A stretch of DNA of 64,000 bases, filler included, from Basidiobolus ranarum (lineage: Eukaryota), in the NCBI GenBank assembly GCA_040143965.1. It is 20 parts of 20 records of this genome, joined end to end, with 100 filler letters (N's around TTAATTAATTAA, not from the genome) between each part and the next. Parts side by side here need not be neighbours in the genome. Positions count along the whole stretch, not along the records: positions 22,530 to 25,643 come from JASJQH010009596.1; positions 25,744 to 28,856 come from JASJQH010009597.1; positions 28,957 to 32,067 come from JASJQH010009598.1; positions 32,168 to 35,276 come from JASJQH010009599.1; 16 more parts are not named here. One strand, given 5' to 3'. A program made the position numbers and the translations under genes. The notes under the pieces were generated by a model. The model was given only the letters and a program-made list of their open reading frames with translations, made no database searches and was not told the DNA's origin. This document shows positions 24,766-35,376 of the stretch, one piece after another; the first letter of the stretch is position 1, and the number at the start of each line of letters is the position of its first letter.

Positions 24766-25030
24766 ATGGTGGAAAGTTTTTGGGTAGTAAGGCTCCAGTG
24801 CTATCTTGAAGTTTATAAGATCCTCCAGTGGTTCTTCTGATTATCTCAAATGAACCTTCATACTTGGGATCAAGTTTAGATTGGCAGATGGGATCTAAAG
24901 TCATGACAAAAGAACCTTCAGGAAAACTAGTGGTCTTGTGCCTAGAAGTGTGCTTAGATATCATTTTCTGTTGACTGCTTTTGCTTCTTGAGTTGATTCC
25001 AGGGTAGATAATATCTGTTAGAAATTGAAG
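24766..25030 (-). mobile_element. Ty3/gypsy integrase C-terminal remnant
   Basis: SKLDPKYEGSFEIIRRTTGGSYKLQDSTG (GPY/F-like module). Confidence 0.75.
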
Positions 25031-25040
25031 GCATTTATAT

Positions 25041-25643
25041 ATATATATATAGTAGAAAAGTAACTCAATTGTTTGAGATATTCAGGAGCTTGTGTAATAA
25101 GATATAATAGATAAGTGGGGGTAATAAGATATACTTGTTATATAGATATAGAGATATTCCTATTTAGAATAAAGGTGCTATAGATACATTGCTTTCTGTT
25201 TCTGGTATATGTATCATAACTAAAGATAACTATGATGTTGAATAAAGATTATTTATGCAACACCTTCCCTTAATTCTTACTCAGCATTGTGCTTATATTT
25301 ACTAATGCCTATTCCTGCTCTTAACTTCTCAAAGCCTAAAGTTTTGAGTAGTTTAGTTGGTATATCTGCAAGCATGTTTTCTGTATTACAATAAATAAAG
25401 TTCACTTCTTTGTCTTGAACTTTCTCTTCTGTAAAATGATGTCTTATGTCAATTTGTTTCATCCTTGAATGATGCTCAGGATTCTTGGTGATCTGAATAC
25501 AACTAATATTATCTTGATATACTGGGGTAGGATTAACTTGATCATATCCTAGTTCCTTGAAAAGACTCCTTAGCCATATAGCTTCTTGAACAGCCATAGA
25601 GCTTGCCACATATTCTGCTTCTGTGGTTGATAATGCAACAGTT
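25041..25643 (-). mobile_element. Copia RNase H end, PPT and partial 3' LTR (family C)
   Basis: VALSTTEAEY, QDNISCI, HHSRMKQIDIRHHF. PPT TTAAGGGAAGG followed by TG. Confidence 0.88.
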
Positions 25644-25743
25644 NNNNNNNNNNNNNNNNNNNNNNNNNNNNNNNNNNNNNNNNNNNNTTAATTAATTAAN
25701 NNNNNNNNNNNNNNNNNNNNNNNNNNNNNNNNNNNNNNNNNNN

Positions 25744-26239
25744 CTATAGAGAATAAGTTTATTGACTTAACTTATTGTTCTACAGAAGACATGATTGCTG
25801 ATATATTAACCAAACCATTAGCTAGACAGAAATTTGAGAAATTTAGACCTTTATTAGGATTAGTTTATATGACTATTTAGTTGAGGGAGAGTGTTGAAAT
25901 TAGCATTGCCTAAGCACCTATATAGTCATATATAGCTTAGTACTTAGTTATCTTGTAATTCACTAAGATATTATCAATTATTCTCAATCGGAATTTACTT
26001 AGAATATTTTTACCAACTTAGAAGTTCTCAGATATATAGATTTTTCAAACTTGTGCTAGAAGCCCCAAACTTTGCACACATGTTCCTGGGACCTTCCTTA
26101 ACATATTCTACACGTTAGTTTGTTTACATCTTGACAAAACTATAAATGTCAACTTTCTACTCAATAAATCAATAAGTGAAAACCACCAATTCCTCTAATT
26201 CTCCAAACCACTTCCAACAGGCTCCCAAATACTTTAACA
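25744..26239 (+). mobile_element. Copia 3' end with complete LTR-A (25892-26239)
   Basis: DMIADILTKPL, PPT AGTTGAGGGAGAG, TGTTGAA...TTTAACA. Confidence 0.93.
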
Positions 26240-26853
26240 AATCAAAGTTGTATTTCTTTAGCAAAAAATCCCAAATTTCATGCTAGAAGTAAGCACATTG
26301 ACATTCAACATCACTTTGTTAGGGATGCTATTGAGAATAAGCATGTCCAACTAGAGTACTGTCCAACTGAGGACATGATTGCTGACATCCTTACTAAATC
26401 ATTACCCAAGTCAAAATTTGAAGAATTAAGCTATAAGTTAGGATTATGATATAAGAATATTTAGTTGAGTGGGAGTGTTGAAGCTTATTGTCTTTATCAT
26501 ATTTGTTATCTCTATCTTTATACACCTAACTATTTAATATATCACATATAAGTTAGGTAACATTACTTAGTCAAATATCACTTAGCTGAAAATTGGAACA
26601 TGTATTATATATATGTGTGAATAATGTGAGAATTAGCAATTCCATATTGGAAATTTCAAACTCAACCAAATTGCCCCAAAGATAGCTCATTTTACTCCCA
26701 CAGATATTCTGAACACAACCCCAGTGTTATTTTTCTGTATTTCTGCAAAAATGTATAAAAGCTTTATTTCTGGACAATAAATAATTATCCTACAAAGCTA
26801 TTCACAACTCCACTTTTCTCAAGTTCCTCCAAACAGCCCATAATTTCCCAATA
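26240..26853 (+). mobile_element. Copia 3' end with LTR-B (26476-26853)
   Basis: KFHARSKHIDIQHHFVRD..DMIADILTK. PPT AGTTGAGTGGGAG. Confidence 0.9.
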
Positions 26854-26859
26854 TTGGCA

Positions 26860-28856
26860 ACATTGGGGGTTGTTTGTGGATATTGTTAATATATTCTTAT
26901 GGCATCAACTCACATTGGCAGATCTCAGGCAGATACAGCAACTGTGCAAAGATTTTGTAATTGGATAAGTAAAACTTCAATACAGGTTTGAAGAAGATAG
27001 ACTGAATCTATGCCAGTATTCAAGACATTACCTGCTGCATCATTCACAATGCTTAGAGCTTATAGGCCCTTGCTATATACTCTGGGAGCTCCCAATGGAG
27101 CACTGTAGTGGGGTAGCATTGCTACCCACTGTCAGGTTGATTTATTTCCCCTCCAAGCTCATATCATTACTATTCCAAGTTCTCTATTTTATTGTCCATT
27201 TTTGACTTATCAATATTTTCTAGCCAATCATATCACACCATTAGAATTCTCTCCTATTATTTCAGATTTATCAGTATTAACCTCATAAGCCCTATTATTT
27301 TCTGGAAAATTCTGTAATCTTCCAGAACATTCCATAAAATTCTTGACATATTGGATGATTGATTGAGTTTTGACCAATCAATACTTGATTTTGTGGGAAC
27401 ATTCCATGACTCTCTGGATTATTCTACAATCTTCCAAAACATTCCATGGATTACTAATCTTATGATTAATGATGATATCATAACCCCAGATCCCTGCCAA
27501 TAGAATTCTCTGCAACTTTCTGGAAATTCTCATTAGTAATCATATCTACCTTCAGAACAGTATAATTAGGAGCCATATCTTTGCAAATAAACATCATCCT
27601 GGTTTTCAACTATCAACTACTACTTGTGATGACCCCTTATTTTCATCACTGCTTACAAGACTGTTGAAGAGGAAGCTCAAGAGAGACCACTAGAGACAGT
27701 TACAGGCTACTGTGTGACTAGAAAGAACTTGACTGGCTCAAAGGAAGTCCTGACAGGTAGGTATTATAATTCTGATACTTTATATCTTTTTCCCTGGCTT
27801 GGTCCACTTAGGCAAGATACTTTTCATATCCTTAGATAAATCACTGCTAGTGCATCCTTGTTGAAGACCCTGCCGGCTGAGTTTACAGTTGTTTTTGATT
27901 GAATATACTCTTTTTATCTGATCATTCTCAAAGGACATTGAAGCCAGTATATTCTTTTGTCAGGCACCAGCATATTATTCAACAGAAAGCTGGACATTGC
28001 ATTGTGGTTTATGAGTCCTTGGACATTTCTAGAGGCTTGATTCCCTTTCACAAAGACCCAAGAGGCAAGAGACAGACCCATATTACAGTACATTGCAGAG
28101 TTATTCAACCATGGTTATTGGACCCTTTGAACACCTCACAAAACCCTTAGGATATTGCAGTTATAGTTGCTGCTATCACCCTAAAACAACTACAGTGCAC
28201 CTGTGGTGAAATGATGCTCCATGTGAAATTGTCAGTATTACCATATACTAATCTGATTAACAATGTATCAACAAAATCAGTGATGGATGTAGTGCAATGG
28301 GTTAAGGAGACTCCAGAGTATATTAACCTTCCAACAAAGGGCTCTGTTCAATGTGCTCATGGGTTTTTGCATTGTTTGAGAACAATAACAGCAACAAAGC
28401 CCAATGCATGGACACAGAGTAAGTACCTCTATAATTTGGACTAATTTATTTGTGTGATAATCTGACAGTATATCTAGGAAAGCTGCAAGACAGACTTCTT
28501 GGTGAGATAGATCAAGATATGCAGTATCATTGTTTTAACCATGGGGTAATCTATTCAAGCTATGACACATCTACTTGTAGTAGGACATTTGTTGGCTGCA
28601 AGTCAGGGATATTTTGGTAGAATTCTCTATGGAAATTTGCCAAAATCCAAGAGCTAATTCTCATTGTGCACTGTAACAAGAGTCAGCTATTTGCCAAGTG
28701 TCAGTGCTATTCAAAATTTCAGATGTTTGGCAATTTTTCCTCCATTAGTTTGCTAGTAAAGCATATTGATGTTGTTGAGTTATGTCTGATCAGTCAAGTA
28801 TGTGCATATGTAGAGACTAAACACAACGAGATTCTTGTATTTTTTGATTCTCATTA
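26860..28856 (+). mobile_element. C-terminal half of the CACTA-like transposase, interrupted by LTR-E
   Basis: HYLLH..LIGPCYILWELPME[R]TCGEMMLHVKLSVLPYTNL is restored when the LTR is removed. Confidence 0.8.
27104..28194 (+). mobile_element. Solo LTR family E (~1.09 kb, probably gypsy) with decayed 4-bp TSD
   Basis: TGTAGT/ACTACA ends. Flanks GCAC and GTGC both derive from GCGC. Confidence 0.82.
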
Positions 28857-28956
28857 NNNNNNNNNNNNNNNNNNNNNNNNNNNNNNNNNNNNNNNNNNNN
28901 TTAATTAATTAANNNNNNNNNNNNNNNNNNNNNNNNNNNNNNNNNNNNNNNNNNNN

Positions 28957-30150
28957 CTAGGGTTCAATAGCTGGTAAAGCATATTGATGTTGCTGAGTTA
29001 TGTCTGATCTGTCAACCATGTGCATATGTATAGACTAAACACAAGATTCTTGTATTTTTTGCTTCTCATTAAGGCTGGAATACAAGTCTAAAAGTACCTA
29101 GATAAACATATGGGTATGAATTTGAATTCCAACAGCAGTAAACCCAGTAATTTCTCATTTGAAAATTAAACTTTTGCAAAAATTGCTGGAAATTAAATAA
29201 TGCATATCATGTATGAGGATCAATATTTTCACATGTATGAATGCCATCCAGATACTGTCAAGAAGCCCCCATTGCACAATCATAATCCCTGGCAGAATGC
29301 AAGCCATCAATATTGTGACAGTTCTCTAATGGTATTGTGATTCCAAAGGGTAGATCAAATCCAGATCAACTAGTTTTTATTTTTGTTAGGATCAGTCATG
29401 GATGTATTGCAATGGGTTAAGATGACTACAGAGTATATCAACCCTCCTACAAAGGGCCCTTTTCAATGTGCTCATGGATTTTAGCATTGTTTGAGCACAG
29501 TAACAGCATCCAAACCCAATCCATGGACACTGAGTAATTACCTCAATAAATGGGACTAATTATTTATGTAATAATCTGAGAGTATTTCTAGAAAAGCTGC
29601 AAGAGAGACTTCTTGGTGAGAGAGATTTAATTATGGAGTATTTTTGTTATAGCCATGTAGCAATCTATTAAAGCAATGACAAATCTACTTGTGGCAGGAC
29701 AGTTGTTGACTGCAAGTTGTGGATATTTTGGCTGAATTCTTTACAGAAATGTGCCAAAATCCAAGAGCTTATTCTCACTGTAAACAGTAACTAGAGTCAG
29801 CTATTTACCAAGTGTCAATACTATTCAAAATTTCAGATGCTTAGCAATTTCTCCACCATTTGTTTGCTGGTAAAGCATATTGATATTGTTGAGTTATGTC
29901 TAATCAGTAAAGTATGCTCATATGTAGAGCCTAAGCAAAACTAGATTCTTGTATTTTTTTATTCTCATTATGGCTGGAATAAAAAGTCTAAGACATCAAA
30001 ATAAAGGCATGCATCTTAATTTGAATTCCTACAGCAGTAAACCCAGTAATTTTCATTCAAAAATTGGTTTTTTGCACACATTGTTGGAAGTTAAACAATG
30101 CATGCCAAATATGAGGATCAATATTTTACCATGTATAAATACCTTCAAAG
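28957..30150 (+). mobile_element. Two successive CACTA-like left-arm fragments, junction at terminus TTTTTATTTTTGTTAGG (~29390)
   Basis: Repeats 28275-28856. Terminus resembles the right TIR. Confidence 0.75.
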
Positions 30151-31559
30151 TACTATTAAAAGTGGCTGTCTTGCCATCAAAATATTTGGCCCTAGATATG
30201 GCCCACCAAACCAATTAACGATTCCTTCCAAATCTGTCAAAGGCTAGAACTTGACACAGGGAGCTTTTTACTTGCCAGAATAGAATGGCATTTGGTTGCT
30301 TTTGGGCCTCTTTATTCTCACAGCAAATGTTTCAAGAATGTAACTGATATGAACTCTATAGGGAAATTTTCCAGGAAATAAAAGGAATTCAAAACCTTGG
30401 AATCTTCTGTCCAAGGCACTTTCAACATCATTAATCTCTGAAGCTAGATAATTCCCACTTACTTCAAGCCTGGCATGGAAGCTTCAATGTAGAATGCATG
30501 ATGCTTGAACACACTCTTTGAAATTCACTTTGACATTTGAACCATAAATATGAAAAGTTCCTGCACTCTAATATAAATCAACAAACTCTAACATAATAGA
30601 TATATTTGGTAGTTACATATCATGTCAAAACAGGTTTTTCTGGATTCAAAGCCTACTTTGGTACAGGAAATAACCACTTGCAAAGCTTCATGTGCACAGT
30701 CAAATGAAGATGTAAGTAGCACAAAACAGAACTTGCCTAATAATTTTACAGAAGCCCAGGTATTCACTATGACTTCTGGCTTGGATACATGGGAGTTATT
30801 GATAAATTTGATGGAAGCTGGGGATGGGGCATTACACAAAAGTAGAAGCAACTTCTGACTCTGCTTTGGAGAGAAAGCCATATCTTCATGCCATCAGAAG
30901 TCTGCCAGAAAATATACAATAAAACTCATGGTGATAGAAAGCATGAATTGAGAAATAAGAATTTTGATTTTAAGTTCACAATGTCACAATTCCCATTGTG
31001 TTCTTGCATGCATAGGCCTGAAGTGATCATTGCCACCTCAACTTCAAAGACAAAAGATGTTCTAAATAGATATCTCCCTGTACTCAATGAGACCTTGCAG
31101 CAACTGCTGGTGGATGTTACCAAGCTCAAAACAGCATTGCAGGGCACTATGGCAAGTGTAATCAGCAGAGATGTAAAGAGATATGCAAGCCAATTTATTG
31201 AATAAGAAGATATTTTCAAAGGTGAATTGGAGCCATCCAGACCATTGCACATATGTATTAGATCTCTCCAAACCAAAGAGACTCCTGACAAGGTATCTAT
31301 GTCTATTTCCAGTCCTAGTCCAGTTCCATATTTTGACACATGCTGCTACATGTTCACCTTTGTAATTGCAATACTAATGGTGATATATCAAAAGATGTAA
31401 TAGTAGAAGACAGCTTTGTTACAAACTCGTTGTTTTTGGCAAGCACTAATCCATTCATTACACTTATAGTAAAGCAAGCTGCTTTTATTATTGAGGAGTG
31501 CTGAGTTCAATCCCATCTTGGCAACCAGGTGTTTACTGGTTTTGTTACACTTTCAACAC

Positions 31560-32067
31560 AGTTGAATGGTAACTGTTGCTTGGCATAGACCCAAAACAAG
31601 TGGAAAACACTTGTCAATTGTAGGACTTATAATCCTTATGTAATTAAACTACCCCCATGTCCAAATGGTTGTTTGGCTTTCACCAGTGATCTGGAAACCT
31701 GAAGTCATGTACTGTTTGCTCACAATTGGCAATCACCAAATCAGGCAAATATTGTTCAAATTTGGCTACATACTTTTAATTCCCCATCTTAAAGTTTTGA
31801 TGAAATCAACAAATATAGATCTTTGATCCGTTACCAAAGGGCTGACCATAAAGCTGATGGTATTACCAATATACTTGATGGACATCACAATTAGAATCTG
31901 AAAAGTCAAGGTTTCTTTGAGAACACATACAATCATGCACTTGCATTGGCTCCAGATGGTTTCTCACTAAACAAATATACCATTGGAAAGGCTTGCTGGC
32001 CAATAAGTTTGATCACCTCAAAACTTCCTCCTTCAGAACAGAATAAGAGTAATCTTATTTTGATTTT
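31560..32067 (+). mobile_element. CACTA-like transposase fragment
   Basis: Colinear with 23190-23690. Confidence 0.8.
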
Positions 32068-35000
32068 NNNNNNNNNNNNNNNNNNNNNNNNNNNNNNNNN
32101 NNNNNNNNNNNTTAATTAATTAANNNNNNNNNNNNNNNNNNNNNNNNNNNNNNNNNNNNNNNNNNNNTTCAAATGTAGAAGAACTAGAATTAATGCGTGG
32201 GATATACGCAAATCAACGTGATGGGATATCCACATGTCTTCAATGCACCCGACTTCGTATGAACAGCATCATATGGAAGAGCACACAATGCTGTGCAAGA
32301 CCACGAAGGAACGTGTGGTTATGGTCGACTGGAGCTGTAAACTGAAGATTCTGGTTTAACGCTATGGTTCAGTATTTCTCACCCACTAATGTCTAACGAT
32401 ACTTTGTTACATCTAGGTGGATTATTGACAGGCGCATTACTAAGCTAACACTCCCCGGGATTTGCCGATTTGTGCTTCCACTATTAGCAGTAATGATTGT
32501 GATTGATTCCTCACAAATGGGTCGTGTTATTTTACAATGAAGTGATGAGATTGAATTGGATATTTTGGTAAGCAAAATGTGGAAAAAAAGATAAATTAGT
32601 TACCAGCACAACTTCCTTCTATTGACTATTACTCCACACTAACATGAATCCCCAAAAATATCATTACAAAGCGCCCTTTATTCATTCCATCCCCACCTCA
32701 AGATTGATATGTATGGATGGGTACATATTGTGCATGCAAAGAACAGGATCGATCACATTTCATGAGAACGGTTTCACCCTAAACAATATGTCCTACATAG
32801 GAAGACCATTCATGGGTCTCTTCCCCACAGCTTCACCCGCCACATGCATCGCCAGCCGCATTTCATTCTCATTGATTTGAGTAACTTTTGCATTTACCAT
32901 CACCTCACATACTTCTCTAGAACAGGGAATATCACGTAGCATAAACGGACCATACGAACGAACCGGCCAATCCCGTAGAGGGCAATGGCCTATACTGATT
33001 GGCTGGAGTGGACATGAGCATAGGCTACCCACCTGCCACATTTTGATGTCAACCCCAATCTATTTACTACTAATATATTCACATCAATCGCTCTTTCCTA
33101 AAAGGATTGAACAATTCAGGATATTTCTATAAGCGCGAGGTATTTTGAGATATAGGTCCTGAAACAAACACCAAGTAATCTCTTTTTCACCAGCTGAAAC
33201 AGTTGCTTGTGATCAGAAAAGCAATAGCCGAATGGCTTCTGGTTGGAGTCTAACTGTTACTCCTGAGTAATAGAATAAGAGGTCTTTCTCAACTTATTTA
33301 GCTGAACTATAGCCCTACACTTTAGATTGTTCACAATGTACGTGGATATTTGTTAACAATGCCCACGCACAAACTGTAAGCGCAATTGAGTGCAACCGAG
33401 CCCAGGTGGCTACCAAAATAGTGGGACATTGACAACGTTTTGTCATTCAAGATCAACATTGGATGCAATACTTGACGGAAAAGTATTAGTTGGTGGATGG
33501 TGAGTTTGCAATGCTTGTGAGTTTCGTCTTCAACTCTTACCGAATTCAACCCTCATGGATGGCTAACGCGTCAACCATGCTAATCCTAATTATGTACAGA
33601 TTACGATCTGTCAATCCTCTAGAGGAAGGTGAGACTTACGATTCAAAAAGCATGATTCACAGAAATTGAACTCAATCCTCTAGAGGAAAGTGCCACTGAG
33701 GAGCAAATCCGAATTCTGAGAAGTGATTAAGCCTTTAAAAAGAAGAGGGGGGTGGAAAGGGTTTTGAAATTCCGAAATTTCGGAATTGATCCAGGTTGAC
33801 AAATTCTTACGGGAATTTTCGGAATAGATAGTCAGTTGGTAAGTTGTTGAAGTTCAAAGCACTCTAAATATAAACCTAGATCTAGATCGAGGTCACATTG
33901 AACTATAAACGAAATTCTCCTAGAGGAAAGTACGATCCTACCCCTAGAGGAAGGTGAGACTGCGTACTAGGGAAGATCGTATTAATTGGTCTACAACTAT
34001 ATCAAAAACTCTATCAACTGTCATTCGGAGGAAAGCGGAAGAGAATGAACGAATTAGATTAATGAGTGATTAATAATGAGCCACATCTTTCATTATCGCC
34101 CTGATCTGACCAAAATATCACAGGCAACTATAATGAGTTGATAATAAAGAATCAATGATCCTTACCCCCTGCATGGCATAGGCTAATAACACGATGTATA
34201 TTACGTTCATATGTATCTTTCATGAAAACAACACACGCCTTGTGCTGAACATGCTTGATGTAATCCAGAATATATAAAAGCTAGTGAGAGTGAGAAGTGA
34301 TGACATTTTTGTATATCTGTTTAACTAATATAAATACTGTGTGGTGTATGCTCTCTGTGAATGTTTGTCTTCGTTCCTACTTCAACATTATATTATAAAA
34401 TTCAAGAATATACGGCTATTTTTTGTTGGTACTAAGTGTTGAACTGCTATGGCCTTGAAACACTTTAGTCTCATAGTGCAAAGTTGAGATAAAGCGTTGC
34501 AGTTTGATCAACTTCAACCATCTATTGTAGATTGATTGGCTTGATCATTCAGATTCTCTATACTGATTGTTCAGCGAAATTCACAATAAGAACAGGGGGT
34601 AGACCACCTACATTTTATCAGTATTAATAATGACTCTAAAATACGTCCTGAAAAGATTAGTGATGAGTCCGTCCGAATGTCTAAGAGATAATCGGTCGTT
34701 TGAGGTAGCACCCTGCACTTAAAGAGGCGTAGTCACTTCGAATTAATCCGGTCAAGTTGATTCTATTATGTGTTCACAGGGACTCTTACTCACAGATGAA
34801 TGCTAAGAAGTTGAGGTTATTAGTACTAACTAGTTCTTACTAATCACAGCTCTGCTCGTTACTTTGCTGATAATTTGGTTGACCTAGCAATGTTTCTATC
34901 AGCACTATGGTCAGCATGGTTACCTCACTTGAATAAAACGAACAATTCCCACAGATATGATTACAACGCTCTAACTGATCAAAATAAATTATGGCAAAGT

Positions 35001-35376
35001 AAATCAATGCTACTCGCTTAATTTGCATTGTCAGTAAAGCGATTCAGGCTGTCTTGTGAATGACACAAGAGCACATGCAAAACCCTTCGAAAGATTGATG
35101 AAATCGCAAACTGTTCATCCTAATTTTTGAGATTAAGTGGCGTACGATCCAAATATAATAAGGAGTGATAAAAATCTAAACATTAGTGTAACAAATAAGT
35201 TTTTGCTAGTATTCCTTAATGTGAGTGATTTATTGTAGGAGTGGTATATCAATGCTATTCCCTTCAATTTGGTCACNNNNNNNNNNNNNNNNNNNNNNNN
35301 NNNNNNNNNNNNNNNNNNNNTTAATTAATTAANNNNNNNNNNNNNNNNNNNNNNNNNNNNNNNNNNNNNNNNNNNN

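Noticed and set aside
27899-28150. Short ORF repeated at 23992-24228
   Set aside because: Lies within LTR-E and has no recognisable domain.
33611-33697. CRISPR-like repeat pair with 61-bp period
   Set aside because: Only two regularly spaced units, irregular further copies, no cas genes, eukaryotic context.
34655-34700. Hammerhead ribozyme or C/D snoRNA (GTGATGAGTCCG)
   Set aside because: No CTGATGA..GAAA core with a paired stem II, and no downstream CTGA D box at a suitable distance.
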